From Malacoraja senta (taxonomy: Eukaryota), in contig CM076001.1 in the NCBI GenBank assembly GCA_038087875.1, positions 188,001 through 252,000 of the forward strand: a stretch of 64,000 bases of DNA. Reading direction: 5' to 3'. Position numbers and translations under genes: made by a program. Of this stretch, positions 1 through 12,412 are shown one piece after another (position 1 is the first letter of the stretch; each line of letters opens with the position of its first letter). Under the pieces are notes generated by a model that was not told the DNA's origin, made no database searches, and saw only the letters and a program-made list of their open reading frames with translations.

Positions 1-979
1 TGCGTAATTTCCTACAAACCCATATCACGGTGAAGCACCACAGCAAACAACACAGTGGTCTAAAAAAGGGCTTCTCATACATGAAAATCAACAAATGAAG
101 CACAAATAAAAGTATTTCAACTATATACTAATTCAGCTGAGAAATGCACTAGTCTAAATTCAGGCAATAAAAGATACAATGCAATGCGCTAAATGACAAG
201 TTTTGAGATCTACAATCAGATAAGCAGATGCATGATAACCACGTTTTAAAGGAAAGACAGATGCAATGAAATTACTTTTACACCACAATAAAAAATAAAA
301 TCCACACTTAAAGTTAAACAATGAAAAGTCAGCAGGATTTAAACTAAACATGAAATTAACTGGATTTTTCTGCATGTGAGATCTCCTCATGCAGTGATGT
401 ACCTGTGGTCGGCAGCCGCTCAAAATAAGCTGTCCTGCCACGGCACACTGCCCAATTCTGAATTATAGTAGGAGCAGAGATGGTCTCTCTGCTCTTTTGC
501 ACTGTTGGTCCCCGTGTTACCTCGAAAACACTGCAGTGGCACCAAAGTCTCGTCGTTTGTACCACTCCTCCACGCACCTAGTGTTATTCTCCCTGTTTGA
601 CTGTCCACTAAGTCACCGTCCTGCATGGCTGTTGCTGATCCTGAAGCTGCACCTCTGATACGGATCAGGTTGTGCAGAACACATGCAGCAAACACAATAG
701 TCTCTACGTTCTTTGGCTGGCATGACATCATTTTTTGAACATGTGATAATTTTTCAACACTTCGATATACATTGTTGCCTCAAGATTAACGGGAGAGGAA
801 CTTGGTACACTCGGGAGACGAACTTGGAACATCGCAGAAATGAGAAGTAAACGGGAAACTTAGACATACCCGTGGGAACTCGGTTAAACTCTGGATCATA
901 AACTTGTAGTATCGTACGCAACCACGAGTCTTTCACTCGGGGTCACTCGTGGGTCAACTCGCACAGTGAGACAGACCTT
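1..979 (-). mobile_element. PIF/Harbinger DNA transposon, right end (left end presumably outside the window)
   Basis: Terminal ...cactcggggtcactcgtgggtcaactcgcacagtgagacagacctt followed by TTA (980-982). The ~200 bp subterminal block is homologous to 41551-41751. A transposase remnant lies inside. Extent to the left of ~420 is uncertain. Confidence 0.65.
420..731 (-). pseudogene. Harbinger (HARBI1/DDE_Tnp_4-like) transposase C-terminal fragment
   Basis: ORF contains IVFAACVLHNLI...AKEQRDHLCSYYNSELGSVPWQ, typical of the Harbinger transposase C-terminus. The N-terminal part is absent. Confidence 0.75.
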
Positions 980-982
980 TTA

Positions 983-1458
983 GAAGTTCACGATGAAATA
1001 GGCCGGAGTCAACATGGTTTTGTGGGAACATCTTGCCTGACGAATCTGCTAGAGTTCTTTGAGGAAGTTAATAGCAGGACAGACAGAGGGGAGGCTGTAG
1101 ATGTTGTTTACCTAGATTTTCAGAAAGCCTTCGATAAGGTGCCGCACATCAGGCTGCTAGGGGAGATGTGAGCCCATGGTATTAAAAGGAAGATACTAGT
1201 ATGGATATCGGGTGGACTGGGGCAGAAGGCAAAGAGTTGCAATAAAAGTGGAGTTCCGCAAAGGTCGGTGCTGGGACCGCTTATCTTCACGTTGTATATT
1301 AATGAGTTGGATAAATAGATTGAAGGCTTTGTCACCAAGTTTGCAGATGATGCTAAGATAGGTGGAGGGGCAGGCAGTGCAGAGGAAGCAAGGACTCTGC
1401 AGAAGGACTTGGACAGGTTAGTGGAGTGGGCAGAGAAGTGGCAGATGAAATTCAGTAT
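983..1458 (+). mobile_element. CR1 LINE RT fragment, 5' part (split by Gypsy insertion)
   Basis: Encodes SCLTNLLEFFEEV, VVYLDFQKAFDKVPH and KFADDAK motifs. Continues seamlessly at 8051 after TSD GTAT. Confidence 0.9.
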
Positions 1459-1684
1459 TTTAGCGGATGCAGAAACGACGACTACATTTTCAGAACGTTT
1501 TTTTTTAACACCCGCTCCTTAGCAAATAGGTCTCTGCATACACGTCTGATCACAACGGTGGTCGGCAAAACAACTGTGGCGCGAAAGCGAAACCGTGCAA
1601 AAACAGCAGCCCCTCCCGAGTCACGTGACCGCGGCTTCTGAATGCCGGGTTCGATCCATGCTTGCGCCAGTAGGCACCACGACA
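1459..1684 (-). repeat. 3' LTR of Gypsy element 1
   Basis: Direct repeat of 7856-8046. On the minus strand it begins TGTCG after a poly-G PPT and ends CCGCTAAA. Confidence 0.85.
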
Positions 1685-1923
1685 TGGCCCCCCCCCCCCC
1701 CAGAATCCGCGGTACGGAAACGCACGGGGCGAGCATAACATTCGGGGCTGGCAGAACAGAACCGGAGGGACACGACAAACGCGAACGAGGGACGGGCGTA
1801 ACAGAGGGGACCGGTGAAACATAACTGGGGGTAACAGGTGCAGAGGGTGGCAAAACAGCCGGCGGACGCCATCTACGCGGAGTGGCCACAGCCACCGGGA
1901 TATCCTCGTCGACGTAGGCTGGT

Positions 1924-2719
1924 TTAAGGCGGCTGACAGAGACAAACTCCTCCCTGCCACCCATGTCCAACGTGAACAGTGTCTAACACCTTGTATGGCC
2001 CTTCGTACACCCGCTGTAACGGCGAGCGGTGAGCATCCCTACAAAGGAAAACATAAGCACAATCCCGTAACATAGTAGGCACACGCACCATGGACGACCC
2101 ATGTCGGGAGGTGGGTACCAGGACCAACGTGCGCGCCTGCTCGCGAAGGTCAGCTAGCCGGGTCCTCCTGATCGCGGGTGGCGGGCAGAAATTCCCCAGG
2201 TACCCGCAAAACCGAGCCATAAACGAGCTCAGCCGAGGAGGAGTCGATGTCTTCCTTAGGCGTAGTTCTGATGCCTAGGAGAACCCAGGGCAACTGGTCA
2301 ACCCAATCGGCACCGGTAAGCCGGGTCTTCAACGCTGACTTAATGTGTCTGTGAAACCACTCGACTAACCCGTTCGACTCCGGATGATACGCGGTGGTCT
2401 GGTGCAGCTTCGCGCTGTACAGCTGCGCCATACCACACAACAGGGAGGACGTGAACTGGGCCCCACGATCAGTAGTGATATCCAAAGGGACCCCGAAACG
2501 AGCGATCCAATTGGAGACAATAGCGCGGGCACAAGCCTCAGCGGAGGTTTCGGTTAACGGTATTGCCTCCGCCCACCTGGTGAACCAATCCACGATAGTG
2601 AGTAAGTGAGTGGCCCTGCGCGAACACGACAAGGGACCCACCAGGTCAACGTGGATGTGCAGGAACCTGCCGTCTGGAACAGCAAAATCCTGCATGGGCG
2701 GGCGCACATGCCTCTGCAC
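1924..2719 (-). pseudogene. Gypsy integrase (frameshifted)
   Basis: HIHVDLVGPL, ITTDRGAQFTS and TTAYHPESNGLVE (DDE core), plus GPY/F motif YEGPYKVL in a second frame. Confidence 0.9.
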
Positions 2720-2772
2720 CTTGGAAGTCTGACAGGGGATACAAGCTCACGGGCCCATGCTGCGACCTGCTT

Positions 2773-4095
2773 TCATAACCCATGCCAGATGAACTTGGAA
2801 GCAACCAGGGCAGAGGTGGCGCGGATGGACGGGTGAGCTAGGCTGTGGATGGTGTCAAAAATCCGACGCCTCCAGGCAATCGGGGCAATCGGGACAATCG
2901 GGCGGCCTTTACCCGTTGAGACATCGCAAATGACTCGCACGCCTGCAGCGCCGCAAGGTACTTCTGTCAGCTTGAGTCCCAATTCAGCATTGCGGTAATC
3001 CTCCATGCCGGCGTCGGCCCTTTGAGCCGCTGCCAGCTCCGCATAATCCACACCTTGGATTAAAACGGAAACCTCAGGGACCGCGGGACGGGAGAGCGCG
3101 TTGGCCACAACGTTCAGCTTCCCCGCCACATGCCGAATGTCAGACGTGAATTCGGATATGTAGGCGAGGTGCCGCTGTTGCCTGGCAGACCAGGGGTCGG
3201 ACATCTTATTCAAAGCGAACGTGAGCGGCTTGTGGTCCGTGAATGTGGTAAACGCGCGGCCCTCGAGGAAATAACGGAAATGTTGGATCGCTAGGTAAAG
3301 CGCGAGGAGCTCCCGATCGAAAGCATTGTACTTGATCTCCGGGGCCTGCAACTGCCTGCTGAAAAACGCCAGCGGCAGCCAGCGGTTACCTATCCGCTGC
3401 TCGAGGACAGCGCCCACCGAGACGTCCGACGTGTCAACGGTGAGATCCGTGAGAGTTGCTGCCCTCGGGTGTACCAGCATGGTGGCATTGTCCAGCGTGG
3501 TCTTAGCCCCCTCGAAAGCTATACCAGCCTCCCTGGCCCAAACCAGGTCCTTGGGCGTGCCCGGCAGACATTGGAACAACGGCCGCATGATGGCGGCCGC
3601 TGACGGGAAGAATCGGTGGTAGAAATTGACCATTCTGATTAATTCCTGCAGGCCCTTGATGGACATTGGCCTCGGGAAACGACGGATTGCGTCGGCCTTC
3701 TCAAGCCGCGGTTGCGCACCTTGGCAGGTTACCCTGTGACCTAAAAAGGAGATGGAGCACAACCCAAACTGGCACTTCACGGGGTTGATCACCAACCCGT
3801 GCTTACGCAGCCGTTCGAAGAGCAGGCGGAGGTGCCTAACATGTTCAGCCTGCGAGCTGCTGGCCACCAGAATATCATCGAGATAGATGAATATGAATGG
3901 CAAATCCCACCCGACCTGATCCATTAACCTTTGGAATGCTTGAGCGGCGTTCTTCAGGCCAAAAGGCATTCTTAGCCATTCGAAAAGGCCGAAAGAGGTG
4001 ATGGTGGCCATCTTAGGGACGTCGTTGGGATGGACCGGGATCTGATTATACCCACGGACCAGGTCGACCTTGGAGAAGAAGTTAGTGCCCTCCAA
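2773..4095 (-). pseudogene. Gypsy reverse transcriptase / RNase H (part of disrupted pol)
   Basis: FFSKVDLVRGYNQI, RMPFGLKNA, IYLDDILVAS, DRELLALYLAI and FTDHKPL. Upstream protease region (RFLVD, ~4500-4850) is frameshifted. Confidence 0.92.
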
Positions 4096-5147
4096 ATGAG
4101 CCGAGAAATCTTGGATGTTCGGAACTGGGTTACCACGTTTAGACGCCTGTATTCACCGCAAGGTCTGCTGTGGTTACCGCATTTAGATGCCTGTATTCAC
4201 CGCAAGGTCTCCATCCCCCGGACGCTTTGGGCAGAGGGGAAGCTCAAGGGTTATCCGACCGCTGGACAATTCCCATGTCTTCCATAAGCTGGAACTCGTC
4301 TCGTGCGATGCGCAATTTATCGGGCGGGCGTGAACAGGTGGGCCCTCGGTGGGAATGTGGTGGAACACGCCATGACGGGGCGCAGCCCCGTCGAACCGGG
4401 GCATGAGCAAGCCTGGGAATTCAGTGAGAAGGGCTGCGAAAGGTTGCTGGATCTCAGCTACCTCATCGAGTTGCTGTTGGGGCGTGAACGGATTAAGCGG
4501 CTTGGCAGGGCACAGGTCCGACAACGGAACCATTCACCCGCCCCGCACATCGACTAGCAGGGAGAACGCGCGCAAGAAATCGGCCCCCAATATCGGCTGG
4601 GCGACGTCAGCAACGGTGAACTTACACCTATATGGGTGGGAATCGAAATTTAAGTCCAGGGTCCGCGCACCGTAAGTTCGAATGTCGCTCCTGTTAACAA
4701 TCGAGAGGACGGGTCCTACCTTACCGACGCGGGTATCTCGGGCGGTCGGTGGCAGAATGCTGGTTATGGCACCAAGTCGACCAGGAAACGGTGCCTGGAG
4801 TGGCGATCACGGACGTAGAGGCGTTCGTTTGGGCCGATCGCGTTTGCCTCTATGGGCGATTGGCCGAGGCATTTCCCTGAAACGAGCAGGGGCTTCGACA
4901 TCTTCGGGCTTCCACACCGTAACGGAGATGGTAGGAACACCAACGGCGTCAGCTGTACACCTCCGGCTGCGGTGATGCTTCTTCGGCGCTGGGCGGATCC
5001 TGACCTTCGTCCCACTGTCTTCTCGGTTGCACCCTATCTGTGACAGTGCGGCGGGTGAAAGAACAAACGTCCTGCCGTCTGTGGGTCCACAGCTCGTCGG
5101 CTCTCTCTGCGAGGGGCTGGGGATCGCTGAAGTCGGCCCCAGTGAGC

Positions 5148-5917
5148 TTTTTTTTAAATTTTTTTTATTTTTTTTATTTTTATTTATTAGAAGTACATTA
5201 CATTACAACCAATTACATTAGTACTCGTCCCATATATCTTATTACAATTAATGTACTCCGTTTATTTTTTACACTAATAAAGGGAAAGGATGAGATTGAG
5301 AGAAAGGAGAAAGTGAAGGAAAAAAGTGAAAGTGTAAAAAACGTGACAACAAAAAAGAACAAAGACCTTATAACAAAGAAATTAAAAAAGAGTTAAGAAA
5401 TAGACCCTAAAAAAAGAAGAAAAAAGAGAAAGAGGGAAAAGAGAAAAACAAATACTTTGTTGTAAGCATCACGCAAATGGGACATACCAACTCTCCAGCT
5501 TTCATCTCCCCTTACCTGACCTCAGCTTTTTTTTAAGTACTTTTGCACCCTATACTTGTAATAATTCTATAAATGCAGACCACGTCAGGTGGAAGTGATC
5601 TGGTTTACCTGCCAGGAGGAGTCTTATCTCTTCTAGGTGTAATGTTTCGAACATATTTGAAATCCACATGTTTATAGTTGGTATTGGAGCTTTTTTCCAG
5701 AATTTTAGGATTAACTTTTTTCCAGTTATTAACCCGTAGTCTATTAATTTCTTTTGGAACACATTTAGTTCTGGACTATCTTCCGTTGTTCCGAAGATAA
5801 TCCATTCTGCTTTGGGTATCAGTTTTATTTTAAATAATTTTGTAAAGATTTCAAAAATTTCAATCCAAAATTTTTGAATTTTTGTACAGAAAACAAATGA
5901 GTGCGCTATAGTAGCTT
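5148..5917 (-). mobile_element. 5'-truncated L1 LINE inserted in Gypsy gag
   Basis: Poly-T at 5148, ORF2 C-terminus (KKLILKFWKK..ETLHLEEIR), 10-bp TSD CCCAGTGAGC (5138-5147 / 5918-5927). Confidence 0.9.
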
Positions 5918-6064
5918 CCCAGTGAGCATTAAGCGGACTTCGTCCAGCATCTGTTCCAGGAACGCCTGCTCGAACAACAGACACGGACGATGCCCGTCCA
6001 TCAGGTCCAGCATCTTCGCCATGATGGTGGACGGACGGCGATCGCCGACACTGTCCATGTATAG

Positions 6065-7551
6065 CAGGGGTTCTCAACCAAGGGGGAATTCCCCCCAGGG
6101 GGGGATTTCAGGTTTTCAGGGGGGGGAATTGGGACCACAGATTAGCAAACTCAAACTGTTAAAATGTTGATCTTTTTATTGCCTTTGAGCTCCCCAGGGC
6201 GGCACAAAATTCAGTATGCATCGGTTACCTGCTGCAAGCAGCCTATCAAACCGTTCACCACAAGCTCCTGAACCGTAAGGATCAAAATACATTACCCATA
6301 GACAGGGCTGCCACAAAGGAAAGACATAGGCGCCACCGAGTGGTCCGTCTGCAAGTACCCTTACGAATGCTTACGCTTTGCTTAGAGTCCTAGACCTAGC
6401 CTCCTGTCACGAGTACCCCCACCCCCTACACCCCCTTACCCCTCGGCGAAGCGACGCCACTGCACCCCTGCCGGGCCCCCACTCTCGCAGATGACGTGTG
6501 ACTCATACTTCAATGCTTGCAGTTCTGAGCAGTCTAAACTGAATCTTCAGATGCAAGGAAGGAATACAAACATCATAAAATTCATGGATGCCTTGAAAGC
6601 TTTCATGAGCAAGCTGGAAAATTGGAAGAGAAAGGTCAATATAAAAAATGTTGCAATGTTTGAGAAAATGTCATCCATTCTTGTTGTTGGTGGTGAAGAC
6701 AAGGTGCTTCCACAATTTGCAAAAAATGAAATTTTGCAGCATTTGACAACACTGGAAAATGAATTCAGCCGATATTTTCCTGAACTCAGTGATGATGAGT
6801 TGGATTTAGTGCGAAATCCATTCAAATTGTCAGTTGAAAAAGTTCCTGATGATTGTCAAGATTAATTTCTGGAGCTGAAAACTGATTCGGAAGCAAGAGA
6901 TATGTTCGATGAGAAATCAATCACAGAATTTTGGCCCTTGATGTGCGATTCCTACCCAAAAGTGGCAGAAAGAGCTATCCGTGCATTGCTTCCGTTTGTG
7001 TCGACATATCTTTGTGAGTCAGGCTTTTCAACTCTGTTGCAAATTAAAACGAAGCAACATAGTAGATTAGAGGTAGAAAATGACCTGCGTTGTGCCATTT
7101 CAAGCACTCCCCCGCGTATCCCAGAATTGGCGAAGAAAAAACAATCACAGGTTTCTCATTGACTGTAATCTTCATCTGAATAAAATTAATTACAAATTTA
7201 CAATATCCTGGTATTCTATTGAACTTTTTGTTTATTGCATTATGCTTCAGTTTGGTCTGTTAAGTAATTCATTATAAATATAAAAAAAACTATTTTACTT
7301 TTATTCAAGTTTTATAAATCCATCAACATTTTCAATTGGCATTTAATTTGTAAAACTCCACTATAAAAATAATCCATGTAAAATTGTAAATGTATATGTA
7401 CTAATATGGAAAAAATAAAGGATTTTCAGTATTATATGCATATTATTTGGAATGCACTTTTTGAGGCAGACAATCTTGGAAAGGAGGGGGGAATGACATT
7501 CTGACATATGGTGAAAGGGGTGCATGGGGCAAACAAGGTTGAGAACCACTG
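6065..7551 (+). mobile_element. hAT (Buster/Charlie-type) DNA transposon, internally deleted
   Basis: TIRs CAGGGGTTCTCAACC / GGTTGAGAACCACTG (14/15 match) and 8-bp TSD ATGTATAG (6057-6064 / 7552-7559). Confidence 0.92.
6491..7162 (+). pseudogene. hAT transposase C-terminal region with dimerization domain (internal stop ~6863)
   Basis: LNLQMQG and LLPFVSTYLCESGFSTLLQIKTKQHSRLEVENDLRCAIS...KKQSQVSH, typical of ZBED8/SCAND3/Buster-like transposases. Confidence 0.88.
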
Positions 7552-7552
7552 A

Positions 7553-7841
7553 TGTATAGGATCTTCGCCGCCCTCTCTCTATGGCTGAGACCGAAGGTTT
7601 GTAGCACTAGGGCGTTCAAACCCTCGTACTTAGCGATCGTCGGCGGGTCTCTGATATACGGCAGCAGCCTCGAGGCACAGTCCTGTGGTAGAGCTCCCAC
7701 CACGTGAAAATACGTCGTGTCATCTGCTATGATCCTGTGCAGATGAAACTGTGCCTCTACATGGGTGAACCACACCTGAGGTTGATCGGGCCAAAATAAA
7801 GGCAGCTTGAAGCCCAGTGAGTCCTGCCTCGTGCTGGCCAA
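7553..7841 (-). pseudogene. Gypsy gag N-terminus (continues at 5918-6064 and below 5147)
   Basis: KLPLFWPDQPQVWFTHVEAQF..TYFHVVGAL motif, interrupted by hAT and L1 insertions. Confidence 0.85.
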
Positions 7842-7855
7842 TTCTGTGTGGACGT

Positions 7856-8046
7856 ACGTTTTTTATTGAACACTCGCTCCTTAGCAAACAGGTCTCTGCA
7901 TACACGTCTGATCACAACGGTGGTCAGCAAAACAACTGTGGCATGAAAGCGAAACCGCGCGAAAACAGCAGCCCCTCCCGCGTCACGTGACTGCGGCTTC
8001 CGAACACCGGGTTCGTTATCTGCGTGCACAAGCAGGCGCCGCTACA
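7856..8046 (-). repeat. 5' LTR of Gypsy element 1 (U5 end and PBS deleted)
   Basis: Matches 1496-1684 and starts TGTAGCGG on the minus strand. The ~37 bp equivalent to 1459-1495 and the PBS are missing. Confidence 0.8.
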
Positions 8047-8822
8047 GTATAGCAAAGTGCGGAATCATGCAGTTCCGTAATAAGAATAAAGGCGTAGATT
8101 ATTTTCTAAATGAGGAGAGAATCCAGAAATCGGAGGTGCAAAGGGAGGTGCAAAGTTAATTTGCAATTCGAATCGGTAGTAAGGAAGGCAAATTCAATGC
8201 TAGCATTTATATCAAGGGAACTGGAATACCAAAACTGAGATGTAATGCTGAGGCTCTATAAGGCACTGGTCAGGCTGCATTTGGAGTACTGTGAGCATAT
8301 TTTGGCCCCATATCTGACGAAGGGTGTGTTGGCTCTGGAGAGGGTCCAGATGAGGTTTACAAGAATGATCCCAGGAATGAGTGGGTTAGCATATGATGAG
8401 CGTTTGACAACACTGGGCCTCTACTCACTGGAGTTTAGAAGGTTGAAGGGGGACCTCTTTGAAACTTACAGAATAATGAAAGGCATGGATAGAGTGGATG
8501 TGGAGAGGATGTTTCCACTGGTGAGAGAGTCTAGGACCAGAGGTCATGGCCTCAGAATTAAATGGCACTCTTTTAGAAAGGAGGTGAGGAGGAACTTCTT
8601 TAGTCAGAGAATAGTTAATCTGTGGAACTACTGGCCACAGGGGGCTGTGGAGGCCAAGTCAGTGGATATTTTTAGGGCAAGATAGACAAATTCCTGATTA
8701 GACTGGGTGTCAAGGGGAGAAGGCAGGAAAATGGAATTAGAAAGTAGTGATCAACCATGATTGAATGGTGGAGTAGACTCAATGGGTCAAATGCCCTAAT
8801 TCTACTCCTATAACTTGTGAAC
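8047..8822 (+). mobile_element. CR1 LINE 3' part
   Basis: LYKALVRLHLEYC..LGLYSLEFRRLKGDL..RTRGH..FFSQRIVNLWN, followed by the CR1 3' UTR. Confidence 0.9.
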
Positions 8823-9195
8823 GTGTATATTTTCACTCCGAAGGTAGCTCATATATAAAATGAGCTGTCAGAGGAAGCTTCTGAAAAATACACTTGGACA
8901 GATATATGGATAGGAAGGGGTTAGAGAACAGTGAGCCAAGTGCAGGCTCATAGACTATCTCAATATGCTTATTTGGCCGGCCTGGACAAGATGGGTGAAA
9001 GGGCCTGCTTTAGTGCTAGACAGCTCTATGACTCCAAAACTCAATGACTAGTTTTATTGAATTCACATTCAGTTAAGCAGTACATTTTTAATACAAGTGT
9101 AAAATATTAGGAAACATTTTTTATTCCAACTTTTCTATCTGTTAGTTGGCAATGGATGATACACTCTATGCATTGCAGATGTTAAATTCTGACAT

Positions 9196-9291
9196 AAGTA
9201 GACAAAAATGCTGGAGAAACTCAGCGGGTGAGGCAGCATCTATGGAGCGAAGGAAATATGCAACGTTTCGGGTCGAAACCCTTCTTCAGAC
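9196..9291 (-). repeat. Penelope-like short repeat with minimal hammerhead motif
   Basis: Flanked by a ~17-bp imperfect TSD (ATGTTAAATTCTGACAT / ATGCTTAATTCTGACAT). Member of a family seen about 12 times in the window. Confidence 0.75.
9260..9291 (-). ncRNA. Minimal type I hammerhead ribozyme motif (Penelope-associated)
   Basis: Minus strand reads GU-CUGAAGA-A-GGGU(UUCG)ACCC-GAAA-CGU-U-GC: catalytic boxes, 4-bp stem II and palindromic ACGU stem III. Confidence 0.65.
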
Positions 9292-10218
9292 ATGCTTAAT
9301 TCTGACATGCTTAGTGCACGATAATAGAAAAACTGCCAGGTTTTGACGGTCCCTGGATTGTTTTAAACGCTTTCCTCCATCCTGAATTCTGTGTGAAACT
9401 AGTTGAAACAATGAGAAACATGCATCTTATATGTGAGGAATTGGACATCTGTAATACTTTTCTGTTTTAAATAACCAAACAAGAGCTAGTGCCAGTAAAA
9501 TGAGATGATCATGGTGTACAGAATGGATTTATTGCATTGAGCATAGGATCTTACCATCTGTACATGGTTCAGGCTTATAAAGTCAATATGGCAAGATCTG
9601 AGTTTCAAATGAATGCCCTAATGGTCTGTGGCATTTGTACTGATGACATAATATACTTGTCTTACAATCTGCTCCATAATTTAGCATATTTTGGAACAGG
9701 GATAATGCCAAAAGCAAACCCCCTCGATGTTCCTTTGCTAGCCTGACGTCAAACCGCTCCAAATCAAAGAGCAGTGAAGCGCAGCATCCTTTATCATGTT
9801 ATCTGAAGCTGGGAGCTCATACGTGTCTCTTTGCTATTCACCGGCCAGGGTTTAAAGTACGAAGAGTGCAGAATGATGCAAGAGATTCATAGGGCAAACA
9901 CTGCCACAGGTGAATCCATTCAGGATAATATTTACTCATTCAAAAGGTCAATGAAATTATATAGTCATTTTTTTGGTGAAGTAGGAAATTAAACTCAATA
10001 AATCTGTGTGTGACTCGTAATTCTGGAGGATAATTTTTCAGCATGATGCAGAAGGCATCTCAGTCAGAGAACTATGCTTATATAATTGTGATTCAGTACA
10101 GCTATAGCAAGTTAATCCAATTATAAGGCACCATTTAAGAAATAACTTTCATTCATAAAGTTCATTATTATTTCTTCTCTCAATTGAATCCATTGTAATC
10201 AGTGCTTCCCTGAGCTCT

Positions 10219-10445
10219 GAAGAAAGACACAAAAAGCTGGAGTAACTCAGCAGGTCAGACAACATTTCTGGAGGAAAGGAACAGGTTACGTTTCAGATCG
10301 AGACTCTTCTTCAATCTGGAGAAGTGTCTCGACCTGAAACGTCACCTATTCCTTTTCTCCAGAGATGCTGTCTGACCCACTGAGTTACTCCAGCTTTTTG
10401 TGTCTATCTTCGTTTTAACCAGCGTCTGTAGTTCCTTCCCACACA
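10219..10445. repeat. Inverted dimer of Penelope-like hammerhead repeat
   Basis: Head-to-head copies with a perfect 14-bp TSD CTTCCCTGAGCTCT (10205-10218 / 10446-10459). Confidence 0.8.
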
Positions 10446-11373
10446 CTTCCCTGAGCTCTCATGTCTTGCTTTCACTAAGCTCGAAGTATGGTCCAAAACC
10501 TTTAAAAAATGCCCAACAGTCACTCATCTAAGCTAGTCCATGGCACCCTTCTACTAGGCACATGGGTACACCACCATCTGCAGGTTCCTCTCCAATCACA
10601 CCTATCTCCTATCACTGTTCGTTTATAGAGTCATAGAGTGATACGGCATACAAACAGGTCCTTCGGCCCACATGGTCAACATATCCCAGCTGTCCATTTA
10701 TCATTACTATATGCGTCTGTCATCAGAAAAATTACGGTAGTTTGAGAAAGTGTCTCACTATCCTTTTCTCAAGGACATCTAACAACAAAATACAGCGTTA
10801 TGAATTGTTAAGAGAGCATTGAAAATTCAGCTGGCACTTTTAATCTAGTCAGAGAGGGATCCACTTGCGGCATTTATTTAAGTCAGGTATAAAAACGCTT
10901 TGGTCACCCTCCCAGCCACCTGCTCTTGACAATCAACAACTGTGTCAACTTCTCCAAAATACACTGACATGAAAATGTTGCTGCCATGTAAAATACCATG
11001 ATAATGGATGCAGCTTTGGACTTCTGCAAAAGTGGCAGAGGTGGAGGTGACACTTCATTCTGGATACAAGAAGCTTCAGGAAGAACAAGATTGTTGCTCC
11101 TTCATCAGTTAGAAGAAGGGGCCCACACCCAAAACAACGCCTGTCCATTCCCTCCAGAGAAGCTGCCTGACACACTTACTTCTTTCGTGTTCGTCTTCTA
11201 AGTCTGCACAGTACTTGAGAGTCTTCAAGGTACAACAGAAAGCTTTATTACATTACTTCAATGCTGGCAGCAAGACAACTCAAAAATGGCTGCAACTCAC
11301 TGTTCACAGACAGGATAACTATATCCAAGACATCTCCCTTTGTCCTGTGCAGCGCCACCTACTGCACGGGAGG

Positions 11374-12280
11374 AGACAATAGACAATAGGTGCAGGAGCA
11401 GGCCATTTGGCCCTTTGAGCCAGCACCACCATTCAATGTGATCATGGCTGATCATCCCCAATCAGTACCCCGTTCCTGCCTTCTCCCCATATCCCCTGAC
11501 TCCGCTATTTTTAAGAGCCCTATATAGCTCTCTCTTGAAAGCATCCAGAGAATCTGCATCCACCGCCCTCTGAGGCAGAGAATTCCACAGACTCACCACT
11601 CTCTGTGAGAAAAAGTGTTTCCTCATCTCCGTTCTAAATGGCTTACTCCTTATTCTTAAACTGTGGCCCCTGGTTCTGGACTCCCCCAACATCGGGAACA
11701 TGTTTCCTGCCTCTAGTGTGTCCAAGCCCTTAACAATCTTATATGTTTCAATGAGATACCCTCTCATCCTTCTAAACTCCAGAGTGAACAAGCCCAGCTG
11801 CTCCTTTCTCTCAGCATATGACAGTCCTGCCATCCCGGGAATGTAAACCTACGCTGCACTCCCTCAATAGCAAGAATGTCCTTCCTCAAATTAGGAGACC
11901 AAAACTGCACACAATACTCCAGGTGTGGTCTCACTAGGGCTCCGTACAACTGCAGAAGGACCTCTTTGCTCCTATATTCGATTCCTCTTGTTATAAAGGC
12001 CAACATGCCATACGCTTTCTTCACTGCCTGCTGTACCTGCATGTTTACTTTCATAGACTGATGTACAAGACCCCCAGATCTCGTTATACTTCCTCTTTTC
12101 CCAACTTGACGCCATTTAGATAGTAATCTGCCTTCCTGTTTTTGCTACCAAAGTGGATAACCTCACATTTATCCACATTAAACTTCATCTGCCATGCATC
12201 TGCCCACACCCCCAACCTGTCCAAGTCACCCTGCATTCTCATAGCATCCTCCTCACAGTTCACACTGTCACACAGCTTTG
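11374..12280 (-). mobile_element. CR1 LINE 3' fragment inserted in the 3' LTR
   Basis: RT C-terminal ORFs (LVRPHLEYCVQFWSP, FFSQRVVSLWNSLP) and (CTATTGT)n tail. The LTR resumes at ~12281. Confidence 0.9.
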
Positions 12281-12412
12281 GGAGCAATGGGTCCTCCCAA
12301 CCCACACGGCCCACCAAACATCACATTCCCCCTTTCCAGTTTGGACGTCTCCATTTGGCTGGACCTTGCTTGACTCTTTTTATCCGGCCTTTTTTGCGTT
12401 TCACAACTCTTG

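Larger units (their letters stand above)
1459..8046 (-). mobile_element. Ty3/Gypsy LTR retrotransposon (CsRN1-like), decayed, carrying nested L1 and hAT
   Basis: LTRs at 1459-1684 and ~7856-8046, 4-bp TSD GTAT (1455-1458 / 8047-8050), G-run PPT next to 1684, gag-PR-RT-RH-IN order on the minus strand. CsRN1 assignment is inferred from the KLPxFW gag start and 4-bp TSD. Confidence 0.9.

Noticed and set aside
4107..4210. ~44-bp tandem duplication in Gypsy RT
   Set aside because: An ordinary inactivating slippage mutation.
6491..7162. Domesticated ZBED/SCAND3-like host gene
   Set aside because: Truncated, has an internal stop, and is bounded by TIRs and an 8-bp TSD inside a Gypsy element.
9744..9751. 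CRE site TGACGTCA as promoter evidence
   Set aside because: A single 8-mer is expected by chance in 64 kb, and there is no supporting gene structure.
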